NCBI GenBank assembly: GCA_042218325.1
Contig: JBDGRE010000013.1
Location: forward strand, 1-64,000
Direction of reading: 5' to 3'
DNA: 64,000 bases
Source: Candidatus Nanohaloarchaea archaeon
Lineage (GTDB): Archaea > Nanohalarchaeota > Nanosalinia > Nanosalinales > Nanosalinaceae
In this document: positions 45,932 through 56,467 of the stretch, piece by piece
Numbering within the stretch: position 1 is the stretch's first letter
Layout of the letters: every line of letters starts with the position of its first letter
Notes under the pieces: generated by a model
The model's input: the letters and a program-made list of their open reading frames with translations, nothing else
Told to the model about the DNA's origin: nothing
Database searches by the model: none
Program-made: the position numbers and the translations under genes

Positions 45932-46082
45932 GATGGCCGAACACCGGATGTCCGAGGCTCTGGTCGACGAGCTTGTCATGGAGGAAGAAGATGAACTGCT
46001 ACTTTACGACAGGGAAGGCAAAACCGGTGCGTGGATAGCTTCGGACCTCGAGACCGCATACGATACACGCGATTTCCGGTAG
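45932..46082 (+). CDS. Small acidic protein (start approximate)
   Basis: MAEHRMSE...LLYDREGKTGAWIASD. Confidence 0.45.
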
Positions 46083-46658
46083 TTACTTGCCCTTGCAGTC
46101 GTTCGCGCCCTGCGATGGCCGCAGCTTCTCCGCACCCTTGCCCTTGTTGTCCAGGCCTCGAGACTTTTTTGCGGCTGGTGTGAGGCCTCGCTCGACGCGG
46201 TCGCGCTGGTCGCAAATGAAGTTCAGGTCGTCGTCGCTCTTTATCTGCGGGTGCTCTGGGTCGACCATTATGATTTCGAACCAAGTGTAGGTCCCGTCTT
46301 CGGCCACCCAGTAGCTGTTCAGTACCTCGAGGTTGTCGTACCTGGCGGATGCCCGACTTTCCGCGATAACGCGGTTCGACTTCTTCGGCGAGAAACGGTT
46401 CTGGCCCGCACGCTTCGGTCTTCGTCCCGCGGTGAGGCGTTCGCGCTTCGAGTTACCTTTTCTTATCCTCGTACGCACGACTATGAATCCTTCCTTCGAC
46501 TTGTATCCCTGTGATCGGGCCTTTGGTATCCTTGTCGGGTTGTCTATCTTTACTATCGCGTCTTGGTCTCTCCACTCGACAAGGCGTTCCTGCCACAGCT
46601 CGTCCAGGTTCTCCTTCGGCTGCTCGTACTGCTCGCGTGCGTACTTGTAAAGTGTCAT
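46083..46658 (-). CDS. rpl15e: 50S ribosomal protein L15e
   Basis: PTR..KAR..GYK, GRRPKR, LNSYWV.EDG, RGLT. Confidence 0.95.
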   Translation of the reverse strand: MTLYKYAREQYEQPKENLDELWQERLVEWRDQDAIVKIDNPTRIPKARSQGYKSKEGFIVVRTRIRKGNSKRERLTAGRRPKRAGQNRFSPKKSNRVIAESRASARYDNLEVLNSYWVAEDGTYTWFEIIMVDPEHPQIKSDDDLNFICDQRDRVERGLTPAAKKSRGLDNKGKGAEKLRPSQGANDCKGK

Positions 46659-46801
46659 GGTATCTATACCTACAAAACTCGGGAAAATATTATAAACATC
46701 TTCCTTGGCTCCCCATTTGCAAGCTTCTGTTGAGCGGTGTTTCGGCCTCAGCCCAGCGAAACGTATAAAACAGCTATCTGTTATCATCACTGTGTGATAC
46801 C

Positions 46802-47152
46802 ATGCATCCAGCACTTAAGATACTGATAGGAGCGCTGATGGTGGTCGTTGGAGTCTACTCCTCGGTCACGTTCTGGAACGAGCTTCTGCTGGTCGTTAAG
46901 GCCGGAATCGGACCTCTCCTCGTACTCGTGGGAGCGTTCATCGTCTGGCTGGAAAGCGACGAGTGGAAGATGCGCCGTGAACAGGAAGAGAGCGGAGTCC
47001 AGAGAAGTCTTGAGACCGAGGCAGGTATGGAAGAAGTCCAGGAAGAAGTGACACAGGAAGAGGAAGAAGAGGGCTTCACCTGCGAAGAGTGCGGCAAGAC
47101 TTTCGACACCCAGAGAGGGCTCAGCATCCACCAGGCACAGAAGCACGAGTGA
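46802..47152 (+). CDS. Membrane protein with C2H2 zinc finger
   Basis: Two TMs; CEECGKTFDTQRGLSIHQAQKH. Confidence 0.75.
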   Translation: MHPALKILIGALMVVVGVYSSVTFWNELLLVVKAGIGPLLVLVGAFIVWLESDEWKMRREQEESGVQRSLETEAGMEEVQEEVTQEEEEEGFTCEECGKTFDTQRGLSIHQAQKHE

Positions 47153-47196
47153 TCCGTGCGCCACATTTCACCTTATCTTTCTTTTTGTTTTCCTGT

Positions 47197-48876
47197 CTAG
47201 GTCTGTTCCTGCTGCTGGTATAGACGCTCGACCTTCTCCAGTGAGTCGGCCTCGTCCTTCTCGTCGCGGAAGCTTTTCAGCCTCGGGAACCGGAGCGCGT
47301 AGCCCGAGGAGTAGGTAGGACTTTCCTGTATCTCCTCGTACTCCACCTCGACGATGACCTTCGGCCGCACCTTCACGTCCCGGCCGTCTTCTTCGACTAT
47401 CAGAGGTTTCAGCCTCTCGGTTATCTCCTGCAGCTGCTCGTCGGTCAGTCCTGTAGCCATCTTGCCCGTCTGCAGGTGTTCCTGTTTCTGCTCATCGTAG
47501 CAGCCGAGCTCGAGGCGCGACAGCCAGTCGCTCCGCCTGCCTTCTCCCCATTTCGCCCCGATTATCGCCAGGTCGAGCGTCTCCATGACAGGTTTCAGTT
47601 TCACCATGTAGCCGACGCGTGAACCCGGCCTGTACTCCGCGTCTGGGTTCTTCATCATGATTCCCTCGTGGCCGTCCTCAAGAGATTTTTGCTGCAGCGC
47701 GCTGACCTCTTCCTCCTCAGCGGTTACTATCCTGTCCGCCAACCTCAGCTCGTGCTCCTGTTCCTCGACTATCTCCTGCAGCTGCTCGAAACGCTCATAG
47801 TAGTGTTCCTGTATCATCGAGCCCTCGAGATACAGCAGGTCGAAAGGCCTGACTTCGACGGGTATCTTCTCCCGCATCTCCGCGATGTCGTACTTCCTCT
47901 TGACCCTCCGGGAAAGCTGTTGGAAAGGTATGGTAGATCCATCCTCCGGGTCGTAGGCAGTGACCTCCGCGTCTATGATGAAGTTGTCCGCATCCACGTG
48001 CTCCTCGACGAACTCTGCCACGTCCGGGAACTGCTCGGTAACGTCTTCGAGCCGGCGGGTGAAGACCTTCACCTCGCCGTCCCTGCAGTGTACTTGGGCC
48101 CGGAAGCCGTCGTACTTGTAATCGACCGCGGCCGGCCTCCCGACCTCCTCGAAACCGTCTTCTATCGATTCGACCTTCTTCGCCAGCATCGACTTGATGG
48201 GCCGGAAAAGCTCGATTTTCAGATCCTCCAGCTCTTCCACTCCGTCCCGGCAGGCGGCGGCGACCTCCCGGAAGTCGTTGGTCAGGTCGTAAGCCCTCTG
48301 TATCTCGTCCGCATGCTCGCCGTCGAAGAAAGCCTCTGCGAGTGCATCGCGCACGATACCCTCGCCGACGCCGAGCCTCAGGTTCTCGATGAACGTCCTC
48401 ACGACGTACTTCGCCTCGCCGGGCGTGGAGTCGTTGAGCAGGGCCGCGACCTCTTTCTTCTTCTTGTCCATGGAGACCGAGCCGAGTGATTCCTCATCCA
48501 TCTTCGCGACCTTCTCCAGCTTGTCGTTCACCCTCTCTACGGTCAGTTCCTGCTGCATCAGGCTCTGCTGGCCTCCACCGCCTTCGAGTATATTTTCGGC
48601 GGCGGAGCCGAGGTCTCCCTCTTCTTTCCACGCCTCCTCTATCTCCGCCTCGCTCCTGCCAGAGGCCTCTTTGATGATGTCGACCATCGTCTTGCTGGAG
48701 ATCCCGAGGTCAAGGTCCTGCCAGCTGGGAAAAGCGCGGCCCATAGACAGGAGGACCACGTCTTCAAGCTCGTCTCCTGCAGCAGAGAAAAGCTCCGCGA
48801 GGATATCCGTTTTCTCGAGGGTCGCCTGGGTCGATTCCAGCTTCCTGTAGGTTTCTACGAGTTCAGAGTAGTTCAC
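47197..48876 (-). CDS. lig: ATP-dependent DNA ligase
   Basis: KYDGFRAQVH, EGIMMK, ALRFPR. Confidence 0.97.
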   Translation of the reverse strand: MNYSELVETYRKLESTQATLEKTDILAELFSAAGDELEDVVLLSMGRAFPSWQDLDLGISSKTMVDIIKEASGRSEAEIEEAWKEEGDLGSAAENILEGGGGQQSLMQQELTVERVNDKLEKVAKMDEESLGSVSMDKKKKEVAALLNDSTPGEAKYVVRTFIENLRLGVGEGIVRDALAEAFFDGEHADEIQRAYDLTNDFREVAAACRDGVEELEDLKIELFRPIKSMLAKKVESIEDGFEEVGRPAAVDYKYDGFRAQVHCRDGEVKVFTRRLEDVTEQFPDVAEFVEEHVDADNFIIDAEVTAYDPEDGSTIPFQQLSRRVKRKYDIAEMREKIPVEVRPFDLLYLEGSMIQEHYYERFEQLQEIVEEQEHELRLADRIVTAEEEEVSALQQKSLEDGHEGIMMKNPDAEYRPGSRVGYMVKLKPVMETLDLAIIGAKWGEGRRSDWLSRLELGCYDEQKQEHLQTGKMATGLTDEQLQEITERLKPLIVEEDGRDVKVRPKVIVEVEYEEIQESPTYSSGYALRFPRLKSFRDEKDEADSLEKVERLYQQQEQT

Positions 48877-48930
48877 GTCGCTGGTTTTCTGGCTGAAAGG
48901 TTTAAACCATAGCCCGACAAAATCCTCCTT

Positions 48931-49572
48931 ATGTCTGCATTTGAACAGATAAGAGAGCTCCCTTCTTTCCGGAAGGCCCGGGATGAGGTCATCTCGAGGA
49001 AGGTCGTCGGCAAGGTAGTGGAGGCCGGTCGCAACGCGCCTTCCCCCGGCAACGTGCAGAGCGCAGAGTTCATAGTGGTGGAGGATTCCGGCCAGAAAGA
49101 GGCGCTTTACCGCGCGACACAGGACGAACGGGTGCGGGAGGCTCCGACCGCTGTACTCGTGGTCGCGGGCTTCGACAGGATGCAGCGCCGGGTGGGCGAG
49201 GACGCAGAGAAGGCCGCCTACTCCGAGGCGGCGACAGCGGTGCAGAACATGCGTATCGTCGCCGCTGAGCAGGATGTCGCGTCGGCCTGGCTCGGCGGTT
49301 TCGACGAGCGGGCTGTCAGCGAGAAGTTCGGTGTGCCTGAAGGAAGGAGAATCGTGGCGGCCGTGCTGCTCGCGTACACCGACAACCCTGTATACACGGA
49401 GCAGAGGTTCGACATCGACGAGGTCGTGTTCTACGACAAGTATGATAACCAGATCAACAGTTTCTGGGACGAGCCGGGCTGGCGGGGCCTGAGGACGGAG
49501 TCACGCATCCATGGCAAGAAGGCGGAGGGTTTCTTCCAGAAGGTCAGGAGGAAACTTGACCATCTTTTATAA
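48931..49572 (+). CDS. Nitroreductase family protein
   Basis: APSPGNVQ, QNM..A, WLGGF. Confidence 0.85.
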   Translation: MSAFEQIRELPSFRKARDEVISRKVVGKVVEAGRNAPSPGNVQSAEFIVVEDSGQKEALYRATQDERVREAPTAVLVVAGFDRMQRRVGEDAEKAAYSEAATAVQNMRIVAAEQDVASAWLGGFDERAVSEKFGVPEGRRIVAAVLLAYTDNPVYTEQRFDIDEVVFYDKYDNQINSFWDEPGWRGLRTESRIHGKKAEGFFQKVRRKLDHLL

Positions 49573-49691
49573 GTTTGCAGGAATAATAATTGTTCACCGG
49601 GCGATGGTAAAAGCCTCTGGGCTGGTGTGGAAAACCGCCTGAAAAGGTTTATAACTGCCCGATATGATAGTTTTAACATGAAGGTGTGAAA

Positions 49692-50543
49692 ATGGTAGCG
49701 AGCCAAGAAACTCTGGACAAGCTCGAAGACATCGGACTAAACATGTATGAGAGGAAGATTTACTCCGCCCTCCTGGGTAGAGGTACTTCCACTGCGGGCG
49801 AACTGTCCGAGATGACGAACGTTCCGCGTTCGAGGGCCTATGATGTCCTCGAGTCGCTGGCCGAGAAAGGTTTTGCTGTTATCAAGTCCTCCCAGCCGAT
49901 GGAGTACGTTTCTATCCCCCCACAGCAGGCTATAGAGAATATCAAGAAGCAGCACCAGAAGGAGCTGGAGGAGAAGCTGGACAAGCTTGACAGCTTCAAG
50001 GATTCCGAAGCCGTGAACGAGCTGGAGGAGCTGTACGACCAGGGTGTAGAGCTTGTAGACCCCGCGGACATGTCTGGCTCGCTGCAGGGTCGCCACCAGA
50101 TACACCAGCACATGGGAACCATGTTCCAGGAAGCCGAAGAGGCTATCAAGATAGTGACCTCAGAGGAAGGTCTCAACGAGATAGCAGATAACCACGCCGA
50201 CCTGCTAAGGGAGGCGAGAGAGGAAGGTGTCAATGTAAAGGTCCTCGCACCTGTAACAGATAACAACCGTAACTCCTACGAGGCGCTGAAGGATTCAGCG
50301 GAGATAAGACACCTCGAAGACCGTGAAGAGTTCGAGATGCCTAACTCCCGTTTCGCCATCGTCGACAACGACGCGGTTACTGTGGCGATGACCGAGGAGG
50401 ACGTCCATTCCACACAGGACACTGCTTTCTGGACCAAGAGCGACCACATGGCCGAGAACACGATGGAGCCTGTTTTCGACATGCTCTGGCATCATTCTGG
50501 AAAGCCGGAGGGCCCGAAGGGCGGTCCTGATCCTGAAGAATAG
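49692..50543 (+). CDS. TrmB family transcriptional regulator
   Basis: GLNMYE..Y, VPRSRAYDVLESLAEKG. Confidence 0.9.
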   Translation: MVASQETLDKLEDIGLNMYERKIYSALLGRGTSTAGELSEMTNVPRSRAYDVLESLAEKGFAVIKSSQPMEYVSIPPQQAIENIKKQHQKELEEKLDKLDSFKDSEAVNELEELYDQGVELVDPADMSGSLQGRHQIHQHMGTMFQEAEEAIKIVTSEEGLNEIADNHADLLREAREEGVNVKVLAPVTDNNRNSYEALKDSAEIRHLEDREEFEMPNSRFAIVDNDAVTVAMTEEDVHSTQDTAFWTKSDHMAENTMEPVFDMLWHHSGKPEGPKGGPDPEE

Positions 50544-50550
50544 TTCTTTT

Positions 50551-51393
50551 TTACCGGAAGGAAGATCTCAGGGGAGACTGTAGATCGAACCCGATTCCCA
50601 GGTCCGTGGCCAGTAACGACAGCAAGCTGAAGTCGGGATGGCCCTGTACTTCCTGGACTTTCAGCTCTTTATCCGTCATGTTCTCCGCTACCTCGACCGC
50701 TTCCTTTCTTCCGCCGAGGCTGTCCACGAGGCCGAGCTCTTTGGCCTCCGTCCCCAGGAACGCCTCGCCGGTTTCGACTTCCTGGACCTGCTCCGCAGTC
50801 AGGTTCCTGTTCTCGCTGACGAGACGGATGAACTGGGTGTGAACCTGCTCTATCTTCTGCTTGAGCAGCTTCCTCTCCTCCTCAGTGATGTTCCGGTAAC
50901 GCGAGCCGACGTCCTTGCGGCTGCCGGCAGTGATGTTGACGTACTCCACGCCGAACCTCTCCAGCAGCCCGGAGAACTCGAGGTAGGATGCTTTCACGCC
51001 TATGCTGCCGGTCAGGGAGGCAGAGTCCGCCACTATCCTGTCACAGCCGAGAGAGGCGAGGTAGGCGCCGGAGGCCCCGATGTCGCGGATGCGGCAGACG
51101 GTCGGTTTCTCCACGCTGTCGATGGCTCTCATTACCTCCTTGGACGCGACCACCGCTCCGCCGCCGGAGTTGATCTCGTATATCACGGCGTCAGGGTTCC
51201 TGTTCAACGCCCTGTCGGTGAGGTCACGCACCTGCTCCGGTGTTATGCCGCTGCTCGACAGGCCCTGTGAAGAGGGCTGTATCGTGCCCGAGAGTTTTAC
51301 AACCGCGGCGGTCCCCTCCGATTCGAAAAGGCTGAAACCGGTCGCGGAGGCCGTCAGCAGCAAGACGGACAGCAACAGTATCTCTGTTTTCAC
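50551..51393 (-). CDS. sppA: Signal peptide peptidase SppA (S49)
   Basis: INSGGG, ASGAY, TGSIGV, GLVD. Confidence 0.9.
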   Translation of the reverse strand: MKTEILLLSVLLLTASATGFSLFESEGTAAVVKLSGTIQPSSQGLSSSGITPEQVRDLTDRALNRNPDAVIYEINSGGGAVVASKEVMRAIDSVEKPTVCRIRDIGASGAYLASLGCDRIVADSASLTGSIGVKASYLEFSGLLERFGVEYVNITAGSRKDVGSRYRNITEEERKLLKQKIEQVHTQFIRLVSENRNLTAEQVQEVETGEAFLGTEAKELGLVDSLGGRKEAVEVAENMTDKELKVQEVQGHPDFSLLSLLATDLGIGFDLQSPLRSSFR

Positions 51394-51445
51394 ATGTTTT
51401 TCCGCGCGTCTGTTACTTTTAACTTTTCACACAGAGTTCCTGCGT

Positions 51446-53020
51446 ATGAGCCTCCAGGAACTTTCCCGTACGATAGTTGACGAGATAGAGTCAGGCGACC
51501 TCGAGTCGAAGGAGGAGATAGAGCAGCGGAAGAAGGAACTCTGCGGCGAGCTGGAGTTCGACGGCATGCCCAAGAACTCGGACATACTCAACTTCGTGGA
51601 CGAAGATGAAAGCGAGGCGAAGCAGCTGCTGAAGACCAAGCCGATGCGTACCATCTCCGGCATCGCCAACATCGCCATAATGGCCCGCCCCGCGCCGTGC
51701 GGCGGCGGATGCATATACTGCCCGAAAGGCGAGGACGCGCCGCAGAGCTACACAGGGAAAGAGCCGGCGACCAGGAGGGCTATACGGAACCAGTACGACC
51801 CGTACGACCAGGCGCAAGACCGGCTGGAGCAGTACAAGAAGAACGGCCACGAGATTGACAAGTCGAAGCTGATAATCATGGGCGGCACGTTCCCGTTCCA
51901 GGACCCGGAGTACCAGCGCGAGTTCATGAAGGAGGCGTTCAATGGCTTTAACACATACGACAGCGAGGAAGAGAGAGTCGATACCCTCGCGGAGGCCAAG
52001 GATATCAACGAGACCGCGGAGGTGCGGTGCGTCGGTGTCACGTTCGAGACCCGGCCGGACATCTGTGAGACAGAGCACATCGACCGTCTGCTCGAGTTCG
52101 GCGGGACCAGGGTGGAGATGGGTGTCCAGACAGTCTTCGACGAGACCCACGAACGGACCAACAGGGGCCACGGCATGGACCGCGTGATAGAGGCGACAAA
52201 GAGGCTGAAAAACGCGGGCTTCAAGGTAGCCTACCACCTTATGCTCGGGCTTCCGGGAGAGGGCTACGAGGACGATATCGAGAAGTTCAGGGAAGTGTTC
52301 TCCAACGCAGATTACCAGCCGGATGAGATCAAGATCTATCCTTGTGAGGTCATACAGGGCACCGAGCTGTACCGGCATTATGAGGAGGACGAGTTCGACC
52401 CTATCAGCGACGGGGAGGCGAAGGAGCGCCTGAAGGAAGTGCAGAAGAACGTGATACCGCCACACGTCAGGATAAAACGCGTGATGCGCGACATCCCGTC
52501 GACAGAAGTCGATGCGGGGCCGCAGCTCACCAACATGAGGCAGATGGCGTTGCAGGAACTGGAAGAAGAGGGCGAGCGCTGTCGCTGCATCCGGTGCCGC
52601 GAGGTCGGTCACGTGAAACAGAAGCGTGGAGAGGAGCCGGAGGACATCGAGCTTATCGAGAGGACCTACGACGCCTCGGGCGGGAAAGAGTTCTTCATCA
52701 GCTATGAGGATACAGAAAAAGATATCATACTCGGCTTCACCCGTCTACGGGCCCCGTCGGAGAGCTTCCGGCCGGAAATCGACGATGACACGTTGATAGT
52801 CAGGCAGCTGAAGGTTCTCGGCAGCTCGGCTGCGATAGGTGACAGCGGGGAGGTCCAGCACCAGGGCTTCGGGAAGTCGCTGATGCAGAAGGCAGAAGAG
52901 AAGGCGCGGGAGCTCGGCCGCAGAAAGGTCGCGGTCATCTCTGGCGTCGGAACACGGGAGTACTACCGGAAGCTCGGCTATGAACAGGAAGGCGTCTACA
53001 TGGTCAAGTCGCTTGACTAG
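51446..53020 (+). CDS. elp3: Elp3 tRNA U34 acetyltransferase (radical SAM plus GNAT)
   Basis: RTISG, CGGGCIYCP, ETRPD, QHQGFG, REYYRKLGY. Confidence 0.97.
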   Translation: MSLQELSRTIVDEIESGDLESKEEIEQRKKELCGELEFDGMPKNSDILNFVDEDESEAKQLLKTKPMRTISGIANIAIMARPAPCGGGCIYCPKGEDAPQSYTGKEPATRRAIRNQYDPYDQAQDRLEQYKKNGHEIDKSKLIIMGGTFPFQDPEYQREFMKEAFNGFNTYDSEEERVDTLAEAKDINETAEVRCVGVTFETRPDICETEHIDRLLEFGGTRVEMGVQTVFDETHERTNRGHGMDRVIEATKRLKNAGFKVAYHLMLGLPGEGYEDDIEKFREVFSNADYQPDEIKIYPCEVIQGTELYRHYEEDEFDPISDGEAKERLKEVQKNVIPPHVRIKRVMRDIPSTEVDAGPQLTNMRQMALQELEEEGERCRCIRCREVGHVKQKRGEEPEDIELIERTYDASGGKEFFISYEDTEKDIILGFTRLRAPSESFRPEIDDDTLIVRQLKVLGSSAAIGDSGEVQHQGFGKSLMQKAEEKARELGRRKVAVISGVGTREYYRKLGYEQEGVYMVKSLD

Positions 53021-54162
53021 ACCCGCAGATCCTCGTGCATCGAGTTGAAGTTCTCGTACCCGTTCTCAGTTACCAGTACCATGTCCTCGATCCTGACACC
53101 GCCGGTGTCGCCGTAGTACAGTCCTGGTTCTATGGTCAGGACGTTTCCGGCCTCGAGTTCCGTGTCGCTGTCCGCTATCCGTGGGGGCTCGTGCAGCCCG
53201 AGGCCGACTGCATGGCCTGTCGAGTGGATGAACCCTTCTTCCGCTCCGCTCCTCATGGTGTCGAAGCCGTGCTCCTCCAGCACGTCGCATACCGCCGAAT
53301 GCACCTCGGCTGCCTTTACACCGGCCTCTATCTCCTTTAACGCGGCCTCCTTCGCCTTCTTTACGGCGTTATGCATGTTCTCCGTCTTCTCGCCTGGCTC
53401 TCCCTTCACGAAGGTCCGGGTCATGTCTCCGAAGTACCTGTTCCCGTGCCTGGGGAATATGTCGACCACGACGGGTTTTCCTCCCTCAAAGACGCCGCTG
53501 CCAAGGGAGTGCGGCTTCGCGCCGTCTTCTCCGCAGGCGACTATCATGCCCTCCGGCGTCGTGCAGTCGTGTTCGAGCAGAAACACCTGCAGTTTTCTAC
53601 GCGCTCTCTCCGAGGTCAGGGGCTCATCTTCGAGATAAAGCTCTCCGTTCCTGCTCTTGGCTTCTCCAAGGATCCGTTCCATCTCCTGCATCGCCTCTTC
53701 GGTCACGGACTGCGCCTCTTCCAGCTTCTCAACCTCGGACTCCGTCTTCAACTTCCGGGCCTCCATTACACGGTTCTCGACCGGTTCGATATCCATTTTT
53801 CCGGAGAGCTCCTCCGTCAGGCCGAGAGGGAAGTCTTCCGGGACCGCGAGTCTTTGGATACCGTAACGCTCCAGGAAGCCTGCTATCATGTCGGCCCTGC
53901 CTCCTTCACCCCGGCCCTCGCCGTCCACGAACTCCGAGGTGCTGATGACCTCGTCGACATCTGAATCCTCTTTCGCCCGTGAAAACTCGAGCTGCGGCAC
54001 CAGCAGGATGCTCTTGCCGCCGGTTCTCAGGTAGATGAAAGGGTCGGAGGCCTCGAAACCTGCCAGGTAGTACATGTCCGGGTCGGAGGAGTCACCACGC
54101 ATGAGAAATCCGTCAAAGTTCTCTTCTTCGAGCAGGTCGTCGAGAGGCCCTGTTCTTTCCAT
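53017..54162 (-). CDS. Xaa-Pro peptidase (M24)
   Basis: GDMTRT, HSTGHAVGLGLHEPP, TIEPG, RIED. Confidence 0.93.
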   Translation of the reverse strand: MERTGPLDDLLEEENFDGFLMRGDSSDPDMYYLAGFEASDPFIYLRTGGKSILLVPQLEFSRAKEDSDVDEVISTSEFVDGEGRGEGGRADMIAGFLERYGIQRLAVPEDFPLGLTEELSGKMDIEPVENRVMEARKLKTESEVEKLEEAQSVTEEAMQEMERILGEAKSRNGELYLEDEPLTSERARRKLQVFLLEHDCTTPEGMIVACGEDGAKPHSLGSGVFEGGKPVVVDIFPRHGNRYFGDMTRTFVKGEPGEKTENMHNAVKKAKEAALKEIEAGVKAAEVHSAVCDVLEEHGFDTMRSGAEEGFIHSTGHAVGLGLHEPPRIADSDTELEAGNVLTIEPGLYYGDTGGVRIEDMVLVTENGYENFNSMHEDLRV

Positions 54163-54186
54163 GGGTCTGGATTGTACTGCTGTTTC

Positions 54187-54579
54187 TTATATCTTGGACA
54201 GGTCGTCGAAGACGATAGTTTCAAGCTCGACGGAGGCGATCTCGCAGGCCTCCCTGATGCAGTCACGGTACACCTTTCTTTCACCCTCTACAGGCCGGGT
54301 GAAGTACCTGGCCTCCTCGATGCCGTGTTCTTCCAGGTAATCCGCTGCGTCTTCCGCGACCTGCTCCATGTTTTCATCGGCCAGTAACTGGTCGTAGGAC
54401 GGAACTTCCTCATCCGGCTCCACGAGCCCGAACTTGCCGGAGAGTACTGCGAACGGCTCATCTTCCTCCCCGGCCAGCTCGTTAACCCGGTCTATCCGCG
54501 CAGAATCGTACCTCTCCGATGCTGTGAGGCCTTCACCGCGTTTCTTCTCTCCGCTGCAGTAGGTTACGTGGAGTGTCAT
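54187..54579 (-). CDS. DUF6884-like protein
   Basis: CSGEK, VLSGKFGLV.P....YD. Confidence 0.65.
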   Translation of the reverse strand: MTLHVTYCSGEKKRGEGLTASERYDSARIDRVNELAGEEDEPFAVLSGKFGLVEPDEEVPSYDQLLADENMEQVAEDAADYLEEHGIEEARYFTRPVEGERKVYRDCIREACEIASVELETIVFDDLSKI

Positions 54580-54713
54580 ATGTTATCGAACCGGTATCTC
54601 TTGGGTGCATGCTCGAAAATTCCGGGAGAATTTTCTCATACCGGCAGCGCTACACGCAACCGGTGGAAAGAAAATCGACGGTCCCCTCCCCCGAGACTCG
54701 CCGATGAGGACTT

Positions 54714-54995
54714 TCAGTTGGAGTGTCGCTGCTTGAGTGTCTGCCAGCGGTCCGCGAACTCGTCTTTCATTTCTTCCAGCGCGATCCTTTCCTCGTCGCT
54801 GAGGTCGTTGGATTCGACGATGTTCCTGTAGATCTTGTAAGGGTGAGTCGGTACGTCCTGGTTCATGTTGTTCCGGAAACGGTCCTCGAACTTGTCCCGG
54901 TGCTGTTCTACTTTGTCCTTCAGGACGCCTTCTTCCTCCCATTCATCGGCGAGCTTTTCCTTGGAACTCTTGCCGATGTCCCACATGCTCGCCAT
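54714..54995 (-). CDS. Hypothetical protein
   Basis: Acidic ORF. Confidence 0.65.
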   Translation of the reverse strand: MASMWDIGKSSKEKLADEWEEEGVLKDKVEQHRDKFEDRFRNNMNQDVPTHPYKIYRNIVESNDLSDEERIALEEMKDEFADRWQTLKQRHSN

Positions 54996-55189
54996 ATCTC
55001 AGGTTCTTTAGCCAACCCTTATTAACCTTGTGCCTGTCTAAAATCGGCCCTACAGTCCTGAACAGTCATTTGTGTATCTGATGGCTGATAACAACAGTTC
55101 AAAGAAAGTGTGCGGTCTTGAAACCCCGCGAGCGAACGGTAGAGCTCTCAGGTCAGTTTTAACAGGCTGGCCCCGCTATACCGTGACGT

Positions 55190-55889
55190 GATGCCGAGTA
55201 TTATCAATGTTTTGAAAGACAGCTTCCGGCTGCTGCGGCAGCAACCACGCTTCTTCACGCCGAAGCTGGTCTCCGCTTCCGTAGGCGCTGCATGGTTCAT
55301 AGGGCTTTTCTCGGGTACCGGGCCGCTCTATCTTTACGCTGCTACAGGGCCGCTACTGGCGTTGCTTGCGCTTTTCGTCTCCGTGATGCTTGCCGCGATG
55401 GTGGAGAAGAAGGAGTCCGGCAGTGTGCTGAGGAAGGGATTCGTCGATGCGGGCAGGAAGTGGCGGAAGATACTGCTGTCGTTCCTCGCCTTCACGCTGG
55501 CTGCGGTCGTTATCTACATACCTTTTCTGGCTGGTTTCTCCCTTTACTACATGCTCGGGGGAGCGTTTTTCTTGGCTGCGGGAGCCTTTCTCAGCCTGTT
55601 GCTGCTCGTAGTTTTCAGCTTCCTGTCCTACTTCTTCCCCATCAGCCTGCTGCAGAAGGGATCTGTCAGTGGAGGGTTCATGGATTCGGCCTCGACCGCG
55701 GTCTCGAACTCGCGCGAGGTCGTACCGCTGACACTGCTGTCTTTCGCGCTGCTTGTCGCTGCCTCGCTGACGCCGGACGCCGGTATGAAGGTGCTTGGGT
55801 ACGCCGGCTTCTTCGCAATGAGAATCGTGTCGGCTATCGCGACGACCTATATATTTGTAGTAAGCCCGAACTATTACCTGCGGTCGTAG
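55190..55889 (+). CDS. Multi-pass membrane protein (start approximate)
   Basis: About six TM helices. Confidence 0.7.
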
Positions 55890-55963
55890 TTTGGTGGCGG
55901 GGATGCAGCGGGGCAGTGATAAGTGCAGGTTTTTATGTAAGAGCCACTGAAAATTTGGATTAT

Positions 55964-56383
55964 ATGCCAAGATATACTGTTTTTACGATAGAGTTCAAAT
56001 CAGGTGAGGATGTTATGGATGCTGGTGAACTGCCTCCTGAATTACAAGGCATAACCAGAAGCAGTAGAGATCACGGTAGATATTTATCTTTGTTAAAGAA
56101 TCGACAAACGGATCTGACATATGAAGATATAGTTTCTAGACTTTTTGGTTTGCCTGACGTGAAACGTATCTCTGCCTGCTTTTGTGATGACACCAGTGAT
56201 ACGGCTTTTTTCCGACTCTTTAAGTACGATAATGGTATATGGGAGATTGATAACAGGTATGATTCAGATTCCTTTGAGGAGGAAGAAACAGGAACCTTCG
56301 GTAAGCCAGCAAGAAAGTACCTCAAGCAGAAATATGATTTCGATGGCTGGACAATCTGGCAATTTTGGGAGTCTAAAGAGTAG
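55964..56383 (+). CDS. AT-rich hypothetical protein
   Basis: MPRYTVFTIEFK..; composition differs from neighbours. Confidence 0.6.
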   Translation: MPRYTVFTIEFKSGEDVMDAGELPPELQGITRSSRDHGRYLSLLKNRQTDLTYEDIVSRLFGLPDVKRISACFCDDTSDTAFFRLFKYDNGIWEIDNRYDSDSFEEEETGTFGKPARKYLKQKYDFDGWTIWQFWESKE

Positions 56384-56467
56384 TTTGTCTGCAAACCTCT
56401 TCCTGGTAAATTTCCAGGTGTTATATATTGAAATCTAATACGCATCTCCGCTCTTAACTTCTATTTT

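Noticed and set aside
49598-49660. GGCGATGGT resembling the start of a fluoride riboswitch upstream of trmB
   Set aside because: The downstream conserved elements are not evident, it lies upstream of the TATA box, and no fluoride-related gene follows.
51080-51445. N-terminal extensions of Elp3 (also Rpl15e, TFB from 61346, and the 363-aa ORF 55292-56383)
   Set aside because: Artefacts of longest-ORF calling that overlap real genes or promoters; downstream ATGs fit the families.
55030-55185. Possible box C/D sRNA in the intergenic region
   Set aside because: CTGA motifs are present but I found no well-placed RTGATGA box or terminal stem.
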